A stretch of 64,000 bases of DNA. Source: Candidatus Omnitrophota bacterium (GTDB lineage Bacteria; Omnitrophota; Gorgyraeia; Gygaellales; Profunditerraquicolaceae). Location of the stretch: assembly GCA_041649115.1 (NCBI GenBank), contig JBAZNT010000006.1, positions 1,301 through 65,300 of the forward strand, given 5' to 3'. The notes under the pieces were generated by a model. The model saw only the letters and a program-made list of their open reading frames with translations. It made no database searches and was not told where the DNA came from. Numbering within the stretch: the stretch's first letter is position 1; each line of letters begins with the position of its first letter. Position numbers and translations under genes: made by a program. This document shows, piece by piece, positions 49,923 through 58,439 of the stretch.

Positions 49923-51561
49923 AAAGATTCTTATCATCGGTTCAGGACCTATCGTAATCAGCCAGGCATGCGAGTTTGACTATTCGGGAACCCAGGCCTG
50001 CAAGGTATTAAAACAGGAAGGCTATCACGTGGTGCTGGTGAATTCTAACCCCGCTACCATTATGACGGACCCCCAGATTGCAGATAGCACCTATGTGGAG
50101 CCTATTACCTGTGAGGTCATAGAGAAGGTTATCGCCAAAGAAAGGCCGGATGCGCTCCTTCCTACGCTCGGGGGTCAGACCGCGCTTAATACTGCGGTGG
50201 ACCTTGCCGAGGCCGGGGTATTAAAAAAATACAAGGTCAGGACCATCGGCGCAGACATAAAGGCCATCAAGAAAGGGGAAGACCGCCAGCTATTTAAGGA
50301 GGCAATGCAGAAGATAGGACTGGATCTTCCGCGCAGCGCCAGGGCCTACAGTATGCCGGAGGCAATCGAGCGCGTGAAGGAGATAGGTTTTCCGGTGATC
50401 ATACGCCCGAGTTTTACCCTTGGCGGAACCGGCGGAAGCATTGCTTATAACATCGAAGAATTCAGGGAGCTGGCTAAGCACGGGCTGGATTCCAGCATGG
50501 TAAGCGAGATACTCATTGAAGAATCGGTAGTAGGCTGGAAGGAGTTTGAGCTGGAGGTAATGCGGGACTTAAAAGACAACGTGGTGATTATATGCTCTAT
50601 CGAAAACCTTGACCCAATGGGCATACATACCGGAGACAGCATTACAGTTGCCCCTATCCAGACCCTGACGGATAAGGAGTATCAGAGGATGCGTGACGCG
50701 GCAGTTGCCTGTATCCGCGAAATCGGAGTAGAGACAGGCGGTTCTAATATCCAGTTTGCGGTAAACCCTAAAAACGGCAGGATGGTAATTATTGAGATGA
50801 ACCCCCGGGTATCGCGCAGTTCTGCCCTCGCCTCCAAGGCCACGGGTTTTCCTATTGCCAAGATTGCCGCTAAGCTTGCGGTAGGATATACCCTTGACGA
50901 GATCCCGAACGACATTACCAAGGAAACCCCCGCTTGTTTCGAGCCGGCGATTGATTACTGCGTAGTAAAAATACCGCGTTTTACATTCGAAAAATTCCCT
51001 TCCGCGGATCCCGCGCTTTCGGTCTCCATGAAATCGGTAGGCGAGGTAATGGCGATCGGCAGGACGTTCAAGGAAGCGCTGCAGAAGGGCTTGAGATCTC
51101 TGGAGATAAAAAAGTCCGGCCTGGAATCTCTTTTGTCCCCCGGGCCCGGTCGCATAAATCCGGATGCCGGGATTATGGAGAGGATTGAGCGGAAGTTGCG
51201 TATCCCAAATGCCGAACGCATCTTTTATCTAGGGGATGCATTCCGCGCCGGCATGGGGCTGGAGGAGATTCAGGGGCTTACCGGTATCGACCCGTGGTTT
51301 TTGCATAACATCGAGGAGATAATCAGGATGGAAGGGGACATCATCAAATCCAGAGGCGATCTTAGCGATAGGCTTTTTATTGCCGCCAAAGAGGCCGGGT
51401 TTAGCGACGCGCAGCTTGCCAGGCTCCTTGGCCAGAGCGAGGAAAATGTTTATCGCCGGCGCCAGGGCCTTAATCTCTTCCCGCTGTTTAAATTAGTGGA
51501 TACCTGTGCCGCCGAGTTCGAGGCCTTCACCCCTTATTATTATTCCACCTACGAGAGGTAA
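49900..51561 (+). CDS. carB: carbamoyl-phosphate synthase large subunit, N-terminal half only
   Basis: 553 aa. First ATP-grasp unit plus the oligomerisation domain. Ends at ...PYYYSTYER, the junction where the second ATP-grasp half begins in full-length CarB. The stop abuts repeat copy B. Confidence 0.85.
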   Translation: MPKRKDIKKILIIGSGPIVISQACEFDYSGTQACKVLKQEGYHVVLVNSNPATIMTDPQIADSTYVEPITCEVIEKVIAKERPDALLPTLGGQTALNTAVDLAEAGVLKKYKVRTIGADIKAIKKGEDRQLFKEAMQKIGLDLPRSARAYSMPEAIERVKEIGFPVIIRPSFTLGGTGGSIAYNIEEFRELAKHGLDSSMVSEILIEESVVGWKEFELEVMRDLKDNVVIICSIENLDPMGIHTGDSITVAPIQTLTDKEYQRMRDAAVACIREIGVETGGSNIQFAVNPKNGRMVIIEMNPRVSRSSALASKATGFPIAKIAAKLAVGYTLDEIPNDITKETPACFEPAIDYCVVKIPRFTFEKFPSADPALSVSMKSVGEVMAIGRTFKEALQKGLRSLEIKKSGLESLLSPGPGRINPDAGIMERIERKLRIPNAERIFYLGDAFRAGMGLEEIQGLTGIDPWFLHNIEEIIRMEGDIIKSRGDLSDRLFIAAKEAGFSDAQLARLLGQSEENVYRRRQGLNLFPLFKLVDTCAAEFEAFTPYYYSTYER

Positions 51562-51637
51562 TTAGGGACGGTTCTTGGGGTGAAGCTAACCTGTCCCCCG
51601 TTAGGGGACACTTTACGATTGACTCCAGAACCGTCCC
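51562..51637. repeat. REPIN/MITE-like palindromic element, copy B
   Basis: TTAGGGACGGTTCT at 51562-51575 and AGAACCGTCCC at 51627-51637. Inner hairpin TGTCCCC..GGGGACA. Begins at the base after the carB stop. Confidence 0.85.
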
Positions 51638-51672
51638 CGTATATAATGAGATAAAAACTGGAAGGAGACGAG

Positions 51673-51834
51673 ATGGTAGAAAGGACAGAATTTAAAGGAA
51701 AGCCCGTACTTATTCTCAGGCGCGACGCAGAAGATAAGTATCCATTTTCTTTCGGAGTATCAAAGGCTAAACTGATTCTGGAGAATATTGACGAGATTAA
51801 AAAGTTTGTCGAAGATAACAGCGTTACGGGCTGA
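51673..51834 (+). CDS. small hypothetical protein (53 aa), absent from the ORF track
   Basis: RBS GGAAGGAG, ATG at 51673, TGA at 51832-51834. MVERTEFKGKPVLILRRDAEDKYPFSFGVSKAKLILENIDEIKKFVEDNSVTG. Confidence 0.4.
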   Translation: MVERTEFKGKPVLILRRDAEDKYPFSFGVSKAKLILENIDEIKKFVEDNSVTG

Positions 51835-51861
51835 CGTTTTTAGGAAAATCCTGCCTTAGAG

Positions 51862-52254
51862 TTGTCGAAAAAAACCCGCTTTGCTGAACTCAAAGAGATA
51901 TTTAACACCCTGCACGGCCCCCGCGGTTGTCTTTGGGACAGGCAGCAGACCCACGCCAGCCTTGTCCCTCATCTTAGGGAAGAGGTGAGAGAGTTTGTCT
52001 CTGCCGTCCGGGAAGGAGATAACCAAAAGATGTGCGAGGAGCTCGGGGACCTCTTGCTTTTGGTGATGTTTAATGCCCAGATCGCCAGGCGCCGTAAAGG
52101 GTTTGATATCGAGGATGTCATCTCGGGGCTTATCAGTAAGCTTAAGAGGCGCCATCCGCACGTCTTCGGCAATCTCAAGGTAAAATCTGCCCGTCAGATC
52201 ATCCGCAACTGGAATAAGATAAAGTCAACGGAGAAAAAATGGAAGCGACCGTAA
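51862..52254 (+). CDS. mazG: MazG-type nucleoside triphosphate pyrophosphohydrolase domain protein
   Basis: 130 aa, TTG start. EEVREF...ELGDLLL EExxE/D motifs. Confidence 0.7.
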   Translation: MSKKTRFAELKEIFNTLHGPRGCLWDRQQTHASLVPHLREEVREFVSAVREGDNQKMCEELGDLLLLVMFNAQIARRRKGFDIEDVISGLISKLKRRHPHVFGNLKVKSARQIIRNWNKIKSTEKKWKRP

Positions 52255-53633
52255 AATTCCTGGGAGGGGTACGCACCGTTACCGGCTCAAGCCATTTGGT
52301 TTCAACCGGAAAATCACAGGTGCTTCTTGACGCCGGATTGTTCCAGGGGCATCGCCAGCAATTCTATGAAGTCAACACCACCTTTCACTATAACCCCCGC
52401 AAGCTCGATGCCCTGGTTCTTTCGCACGCCCATCTCGACCATTGCGGTAATATCCCGACGCTCTTAAAGATCGGTATGCGTTGCAAAATCTACGCTACCT
52501 CCGCTACCAAGGATTTATGCGAGTTGATGCTGGAGGATTCAGGAAAGATTCAGGAAGAGGACATAGAATATATCAATAAGATCAATAAAAGGCTGGGGTT
52601 GCCTTTTTTGCGCAAGCCGCTTTATACGCGGGCTGAGGCGCGACGTGCCATCAAGAAGTTCCACTCCCTGGCTTACGGCCAGAGGTTCCGTCTTTCTAAA
52701 GATATCTCTGTCACTCTCCATGACGCCGGGCACATCCTGGGTTCGAGCATTATTGTTCTGGACATCAAGCTCAATCAGGGGGATATCCGCCTGGGTTATG
52801 CTGTGGACCTCGGCAGGGAGGACCTTCCTATTATTGAGGACCCGGTTATCCCCGAAGGTCTGGATTACCTTATCTTGGAGAGTACCTACGGCGGCAGGGT
52901 ACACGCGCCTATTGAGGAAGCGAAGACAAAGTTGCAGGAAGTGGTCAAACGTACCCTCCAGCGCCAAGGGAAGGTTATCATCCCTTCGTTTACCCTTGAA
53001 CGTACCCAGGAGGTAGTTTATTTTCTAAACGAACTCTTAAAAGAAAAGGCCATTCCGGCCGTGCCTGTATATGTTGACAGCCCGCTGGCAACGGACATAA
53101 CCGACACCTTCAAATACCACAGCTCATATTTTAACCAGGAGGCCCGCCTGGCATCTGCCGGAGGAAAGAGCCCTTTTGATTTCATCAATCTTACGTACAT
53201 CCGCGACCAGCGACAGTCAAAGTCCCTTAATCACGACCATCGACCCATGATTATCATCGCCGGTTCGGGGATGTGCGAGTCCGGACGTATCCTGCATCAC
53301 CTCAAGAACAATATCGAAGACTCCCGCAATACCGTGCTGGTTGTAGGATATATGGCAAAGGATACCCTTGGAAGGAGAATAGTGGAGAGGAGCCGTTATG
53401 TGCGTATCTTCGGCGCAGAATATGAGTTGAATGCCGAGGTAGCGGTTATCAACGCCCTTTCCGGGCACGCCGATAAAAACGAACTGTTAGATTTTGTCAA
53501 GCGTTCCCTGCCGTTGAAGCGCATCTTTCTGGTGCACGGAGACGAAGACCAGAGCCGTAAACTCGGGGATACATTGAGCGATTGCGGCTTAAACGTCCAC
53601 CTTCCTCTTAAAGACGAAGAGGTTGCCCTTTAG
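52239..53633 (+). CDS. MBL-fold beta-CASP family hydrolase (RNA-metabolising type)
   Basis: 464 aa. HAHLDHCG motif, later DAGH, and a C-terminal HGD pattern of beta-CASP enzymes. Confidence 0.8.
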   Translation: MEATVKFLGGVRTVTGSSHLVSTGKSQVLLDAGLFQGHRQQFYEVNTTFHYNPRKLDALVLSHAHLDHCGNIPTLLKIGMRCKIYATSATKDLCELMLEDSGKIQEEDIEYINKINKRLGLPFLRKPLYTRAEARRAIKKFHSLAYGQRFRLSKDISVTLHDAGHILGSSIIVLDIKLNQGDIRLGYAVDLGREDLPIIEDPVIPEGLDYLILESTYGGRVHAPIEEAKTKLQEVVKRTLQRQGKVIIPSFTLERTQEVVYFLNELLKEKAIPAVPVYVDSPLATDITDTFKYHSSYFNQEARLASAGGKSPFDFINLTYIRDQRQSKSLNHDHRPMIIIAGSGMCESGRILHHLKNNIEDSRNTVLVVGYMAKDTLGRRIVERSRYVRIFGAEYELNAEVAVINALSGHADKNELLDFVKRSLPLKRIFLVHGDEDQSRKLGDTLSDCGLNVHLPLKDEEVAL

Positions 53634-53647
53634 TCCTTATTATTAGA

Positions 53648-53747
53648 TAGGGACGGTTCTCGTGTCGTTGGCAACTTGTCCCTTTTAAGGGGACAGGTTA
53701 GCTTTGGCTTCAGAACCGTCCCAAAATAGTAACATCACCGTCCCTAA
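53648..53747. repeat. REPIN/MITE-like palindromic element, copy C, plus an extra partial end
   Basis: TAGGGACGGTTCT at 53648-53660 and AGAACCGTCCC at 53712-53722, with an additional ACCGTCCCTAA at 53737-53747. The inner segment is inverted relative to copy B. Confidence 0.8.
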
Positions 53748-53752
53748 ATAGC

Positions 53753-53781
53753 TTGATTAGTGCGCTCGGGTGTGTTAATAT
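53753..53781 (+). promoter_or_regulatory. sigma70-type promoter (TTGATT-17-TGtTAATAT)
   Basis: -35 at 53753-53758 and extended -10 ending at 53781. Confidence 0.45.
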
Positions 53782-53851
53782 AATCGCGCTTTGAAAGTTT
53801 GGCGCGTGTCTTTAAGATAAGGCAAGGTGTGTTCTGTCTCTATGTTAACAC

Positions 53852-53884
53852 CCAACGCTAAGTGGAGTTGCGTTGGCGTTTTTT
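53852..53884 (+). terminator. terminator-like hairpin in the L27 leader
   Basis: CCAACGC pairs with GCGTTGG (7 bp), then CGTTTTTT. Lies immediately upstream of the RBS AAAGGAGG. Confidence 0.5.
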
Positions 53885-53906
53885 CTCTAGAAAAGGAGGT
53901 TTTAAG

Positions 53907-54167
53907 ATGATAGGAGGTTTTTCCACACCCAAAAAGGATAAGATGGTCAAGGCCAGCGGCGGCCAGGAGGTCCGGGCCGGGCAGATCTTAGCCCGCCGCA
54001 TGAATACCTACCGGGCAGGGAAGAATGTGAAGGGTATCGCGACATTGCAGGCCCTTTGCGACGGCAAGGTATATTTTACCAAAAAAAAGACACCCCATGG
54101 CAGGCCACGCACCTTTATTAACGTCATGCCGCAAGAGAAAAAAGCCACCCGTAAATCCTCACAGTAA
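53907..54167 (+). CDS. rpmA: ribosomal protein L27-like protein (divergent N-terminus)
   Basis: 86 aa from the ATG at 53907 (strong RBS). The core SGGQEVRAGQILARR...AGKNV...ALCDGKVYF matches L27, but the conserved AHKK-GGS-NGRDS tail is missing. Confidence 0.6.
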   Translation: MIGGFSTPKKDKMVKASGGQEVRAGQILARRMNTYRAGKNVKGIATLQALCDGKVYFTKKKTPHGRPRTFINVMPQEKKATRKSSQ

Positions 54168-54169
54168 AG

Positions 54170-55288
54170 ATGCCGGGGAGACCAACGGATAAAGCCGTAG
54201 AGCCGGCAGCGCGTTACTCTTCTGTTAAGTATATCCTCGCGATTGTAAATATCGCATACCTGCTGCTGTTATTGTTGGCATTTCTGGCTTCGGGGGCCCA
54301 CCTAAAATTATCGTCGCTGACAGGGGCGATCTTCGCAAACAAAACCCTCGCCCTGCTATTATACTTATCAGTATTGCTGGCAGGTTATTCTATCTTGGAG
54401 ATCCCGCTTAATTTTTACCGTTCATACCTGCTTGAGCGCCGTTTCGGATTATCAAACCAGAAGATAAAAAGCTGGGTTGCGGAGCAGTTGAAGGCAGGGG
54501 TCCTATCATACATCGCCAGCGCAATTGCCTTCGGGTTTTTATATTATTTTTTACGGAGATACCCCCTGCATTGGTGGATTATAGTAGCCTTGCTGTGGCT
54601 ATTTTTTAATCTACTCCTGGCAAGGATCTTCCCGCTGGTGATACTGCCGCTGTTTTTTAAATACCGCCGCCTGGACCGGGAAGACTTAAGAGGGCGCATT
54701 ATCAAGCTCGCCGGCAAGATGCGGGTTCCTATCCTGGATGTCTTTGAGATAGATTTCAGCAAAAAGACTAACAAGAGCAATGCCGCCTTTATCGGATGGG
54801 GGAAGAGCCGCAGGGTGATACTTACAGATACCTTGAGTGGAAATTATAGCGATGACGAGATCGAGGCAATCCTGGCCCACGAATTCGCGCATTATAAATT
54901 AATGCATCTGATAAAATTGACTGCCCTTAATTTCCTCGGTACGATTACGACATTCTATCTTATCTTTAAAACCGGCGGGTATTTAGCGGGTTTCTTCGGC
55001 GTCAGGTCACTATCGGATATCGCAAGTCTTGCCGTCATCATATTTTATCTGGTTGCCTTTGACATCGTTACCAGGCCGTTGCATAACTATTTCAGCCGCA
55101 GGATGGAGAAGAATGCAGATATGCTGGCGCTTAAGATTACCCGCGGCAAAGACGCATTCATCTCAATGATGGATAAGCTCGCCTCGCAGAATCTGGCGGA
55201 CAGAGATCCACGGAGATGGATTAAATTTTTCTTCTTTGACCACCCTTCGATTGCGGAACGCATTGAATTAGCCAGAACCTTTAAATAA
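54170..55288 (+). CDS. M48 family metallopeptidase (Ste24/HtpX-like)
   Basis: 372 aa. Multiple TM helices and the HEFAHYKLMH zinc motif. Confidence 0.8.
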   Translation: MPGRPTDKAVEPAARYSSVKYILAIVNIAYLLLLLLAFLASGAHLKLSSLTGAIFANKTLALLLYLSVLLAGYSILEIPLNFYRSYLLERRFGLSNQKIKSWVAEQLKAGVLSYIASAIAFGFLYYFLRRYPLHWWIIVALLWLFFNLLLARIFPLVILPLFFKYRRLDREDLRGRIIKLAGKMRVPILDVFEIDFSKKTNKSNAAFIGWGKSRRVILTDTLSGNYSDDEIEAILAHEFAHYKLMHLIKLTALNFLGTITTFYLIFKTGGYLAGFFGVRSLSDIASLAVIIFYLVAFDIVTRPLHNYFSRRMEKNADMLALKITRGKDAFISMMDKLASQNLADRDPRRWIKFFFFDHPSIAERIELARTFK

Positions 55289-55303
55289 GACAGCAGGGAT
55301 TAT

Positions 55304-55957
55304 ATGGAGATACGCAAGAGCAGGTCATTAAGAGGTATTGAAGAGAGGATGGAAGGGCTCCAGAGCGGTTCCTTGAGATACCGGGTATTGGAGAGCGCCA
55401 AGGACTTTAAGACTTCCTGGATAGAGCTTGGCCGGGCACTCTACACCGTTTATAAAGACAGGCATTACAAGGAATGGGGCTATGGTAGTTTCGATGTCTA
55501 TGTTGCGCGCGAGCTCGGCATACGCAAGCAGACTGCCATGAAGCTCTTGCGCTCCTATTATTTTCTGGAGAAGGAAGAGCCCGCTTATCTTAAGGAGGAT
55601 TATGTCGCATCGGCAGATGCCGCAACCATCCCCAACTATGAGGCCGTGGATGTCTTAAGGCTTGCCAGGAATAAAAAGAACCTTGGCGGCGAGGACTACC
55701 TGAGATTCAAAAAGGAAATTTTTGAAAAAGGCAAAGATTATCGTCAGGCGAGAAAAGACCTTACCGCCTTGATACGGCAGAGAGATGAGCTGGAACCGCA
55801 AGAGGCTTATCAAAAGAAGAAAACAGCGACCGTAAAGAGGTTCTTAGGCACTCTCAAGTCCCTGCAGCGTGAAATGGAAACCTCCAAGCTCTTACCAGCT
55901 CCCCTTATCCAGGAAGCCCGCGAGCTAATTCAAAAACTCCAAGAGCAGATTGATTAA
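55304..55957 (+). CDS. hypothetical protein
   Basis: 217 aa, soluble and charged, with a possible HTH around ELGIRKQTAMKLLRSY. No family recognised. Confidence 0.5.
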   Translation: MEIRKSRSLRGIEERMEGLQSGSLRYRVLESAKDFKTSWIELGRALYTVYKDRHYKEWGYGSFDVYVARELGIRKQTAMKLLRSYYFLEKEEPAYLKEDYVASADAATIPNYEAVDVLRLARNKKNLGGEDYLRFKKEIFEKGKDYRQARKDLTALIRQRDELEPQEAYQKKKTATVKRFLGTLKSLQREMETSKLLPAPLIQEARELIQKLQEQID

Positions 55958-57090
55958 TTCTCCAGAAATTCCAGGGTGATTTTTGCCGCGCGTCTGGCAG
56001 CGCCTTTTTCTCCGAGGAGATCAATGACGCCGAGAAGCTCATCGTGCAGTTTCTTCAGTTTTTCGGTGTTTTCCAGGAGGGCAATGGTTTCCCAGGCTAT
56101 TCTTTGAGGGGTAGCTTTGGATTGTATGAATTCCCGCACAATCCCTTTTCCCGCCACAATATTGGCCATGGAGATGTAAGGTACTTTTACCTGCGGCAGA
56201 TAGAGTAGATAGCTTAGCCAGTTCATTCTATAGACGGTGGCAAACGGCACAGCCAGTATTGCCGCTTCCAGGGTTGCAGTTCCAGAGCATACCAGAGCGA
56301 AGTCTGCCGCATTAAGGCAATCGTAGGTTTTCCCTTCCGTTATCCTGAATTCCAACTTAATGTTTTTTGTCTTGTTACGGTAGATGCCCCAGTCAAGCTG
56401 CGGGGCCTTGGCTATTACGTACTGGATATCGGGGAACCTTTTTTTTATCAGCATACCGGCCTTTAGCATTACCGGGAGAATCTTGTCCACTTCCTGCTGG
56501 CGGGAACCTGGCAGGAGCGCGATGGTGCGCCGGGACTCATTTAGATTAATACTGGATAAGAACTCCTTCCCGGAGAGCGAAGGCCTTACGCTGTCCAGGA
56601 GCGGCTGACCTGCAAATTCCGCATCTATGCCGCGGCTGCGGTAGAACTCTTTCTCGAATTTAAAGAGCACCACCATTTTGGAGACGTATCTTCTGATAGT
56701 TTTTATCCTTCCCTGTCGTGACGCCCAGACCTGGGGGCTGACGTAGTAGATAACCGGTATCTTTTTATTGATAGTTTTGGCGAGCCTGAGGTTAAAACCC
56801 GAGAAATCCACTAGTATTATGGCATCTGGGTTTTGAACATCAATTTCTTTGAGGATGAGTTTTTTTAAGCAGATAAAATTCGGAAGTTTTTTCAGTGCGT
56901 CAAACAACCCAAAAACCGCCAACCCCTTGATGTCGTAAAATAGCGAGACCCCTGCATCGGCGAGGAGCGGGCCTCCCACGCCTGAAATTTTTATCCCGGG
57001 GTTCAGTTCTTTAATGCAGCGGGCAAGCCCTGCGGCATGCAATTCTCCGGAAGGTTCCCCGCAGACAATAAAGAGGTGTTTTATCGCCAT
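55954..57090 (-). CDS. lpxB: lipid-A-disaccharide synthase
   Basis: 378 aa. IVCGEPSGELHAAGL N-terminus and GT19 layout. Confidence 0.9.
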   Translation of the reverse strand: MAIKHLFIVCGEPSGELHAAGLARCIKELNPGIKISGVGGPLLADAGVSLFYDIKGLAVFGLFDALKKLPNFICLKKLILKEIDVQNPDAIILVDFSGFNLRLAKTINKKIPVIYYVSPQVWASRQGRIKTIRRYVSKMVVLFKFEKEFYRSRGIDAEFAGQPLLDSVRPSLSGKEFLSSINLNESRRTIALLPGSRQQEVDKILPVMLKAGMLIKKRFPDIQYVIAKAPQLDWGIYRNKTKNIKLEFRITEGKTYDCLNAADFALVCSGTATLEAAILAVPFATVYRMNWLSYLLYLPQVKVPYISMANIVAGKGIVREFIQSKATPQRIAWETIALLENTEKLKKLHDELLGVIDLLGEKGAARRAAKITLEFLEN

Positions 57091-58007
57091 ATCATATGCT
57101 GGATTCTCAGGGCTACTTCCAGCGCCTGGCGCGCTACCTCGCCTGATACAAGCGGTGGACGGCGATTGATGACGCAGTCTAGAAAAGAGGCCAGTTCCTT
57201 TTTGAGGGGTTGTTCTTTTTCAATGGGGAGGGATTTCTTGTCAATGCCCAGAGGCGTTTTGTGGTAGATAAAGGCTTCTTCCTTTCTGTAGTCAAGCGAG
57301 ATGTAGGAGCTCTTTAAGAAGATGCGGATCTTGCGCATGGCTTCATCCGATATGCGGCTGGCGGTAAGGTTGGCAACGCAGCCGTTTTTAAAGGTAAGCC
57401 TGGCATTGGCGATGTCTTCCATCGGGGTGAGCACCGGCACTCCCACGGCCTCTATTTTCTTGAGCGGGGAATTTACCAAGCCCAGGATAATATCGATATC
57501 GTGTATCATCAGGTCCAGCACTACTCCGATATCCAGGGAGCGGTTTGGGAAGGGGCTTAAGCGGTGGCATTCAATAAAACGCGGGTCGCGGATTAATTCT
57601 TTGGTAACGGAAAATGCGGAGTTAAACCTTTCTATATGGCCGACCTGTAAGGTGAGTTTTTTGTTTCTCGCCAGCCGGATAAGGTGATTTGCCTCTTTCG
57701 TAGTGGTAGTGAATGGTTTCTCGACCAGCGTGGCAGTGCCGTTTAGCAGGAAATCGCGGGCAATCCGGTAATGCATCCTGGTGGGGGTAACGATGCTGAC
57801 GGCATCCACTCTTCTGAAGAGCTCGCGATAGTCGGTATAACCGGCTATCCCAAGTTCCCGGCTTAAGCCTTCCAGCCGGGTCTTATCTATATCGCAGAGC
57901 GCTTGGAGGGAGCAGCTTTCAATCTCTTGGTAAAGGCGGGCATGCCTTTCTCCCAGGTGGCCGACTCCGATAACCCCGACCTTCAGCTTTTCCATAGTAA
58001 AAATCAT
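57081..58007 (-). CDS. Gfo/Idh/MocA family oxidoreductase
   Basis: 308 aa. KVGVIGVGHLGERH Rossmann N-terminus. Overlaps the lpxB start by 10 nt, suggesting the same operon. Confidence 0.8.
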   Translation of the reverse strand: MIFTMEKLKVGVIGVGHLGERHARLYQEIESCSLQALCDIDKTRLEGLSRELGIAGYTDYRELFRRVDAVSIVTPTRMHYRIARDFLLNGTATLVEKPFTTTTKEANHLIRLARNKKLTLQVGHIERFNSAFSVTKELIRDPRFIECHRLSPFPNRSLDIGVVLDLMIHDIDIILGLVNSPLKKIEAVGVPVLTPMEDIANARLTFKNGCVANLTASRISDEAMRKIRIFLKSSYISLDYRKEEAFIYHKTPLGIDKKSLPIEKEQPLKKELASFLDCVINRRPPLVSGEVARQALEVALRIQHMIWR

Positions 58008-58194
58008 AGCAGACTACCTAAGTGCTTGCAACTAAAATCTTATACGCCAGATGATTTAGCAATAATTTTATAGTTACTTCACGTTTTTGTACCAACGGCA
58101 GGCAAGGCTCTCTGCCAAAACAATTAACTGTTTGATCCCCAGCCGATTACAGTAAAGATTTTATACCTTCGCTTCCGGCACGAAAATTTTTGGC

Positions 58195-58395
58195 AGATGC
58201 CTGCAAGGGGTTACGGCGAGTTGGAGTATGTTTAATCCGCGTTAGCCTTTACGGAAGCGAGCCGTAAACCGAAGCAGACGGCAAAAACTTTCTCCGAGCG
58301 ACGTCCGCCAAGGCACTTTGGCGGACGAGCGGTGCGATGAAAAGGCAACCCGAGCCAGGAAACGCTGGCAGCCAAGGCCTAAAGGCATAACTCAA
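58195..58395. other. GC-rich structured intergenic island (candidate ncRNA or repeat; strand unknown)
   Basis: Perfect hairpins at 58248-58268 (TTTACGG/CCGTAAA), 58303-58326 (GTCCGCCAA/TTGGCGGAC) and 58354-58369 (GCCAG/CTGGC), within an otherwise AT-rich spacer. Confidence 0.3.
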
Positions 58396-58403
58396 TTTCG
58401 CGC

Positions 58404-58432
58404 TCGACAAAATAACCTCGCTATGGTAAGAT
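58404..58432 (+). promoter_or_regulatory. promoter (TCGACA-17-TGgTAAGAT) placed for a leaderless msbA mRNA
   Basis: The -10 ends 7 nt before the ATG at 58440. No Shine-Dalgarno sequence upstream. Confidence 0.4.
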
Positions 58433-58439
58433 ATCGGCT

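Noticed and set aside
58195-58395. Known housekeeping ncRNA (RNase P, tmRNA, 6S, SRP RNA)
   Set aside because: No GGAAAGTCCGG-type RNase P core, no tRNA-like tmRNA ends, and only a loose GAAGCAG resemblance to SRP helix 8. This is insufficient to assign a family without a covariance-model scan.
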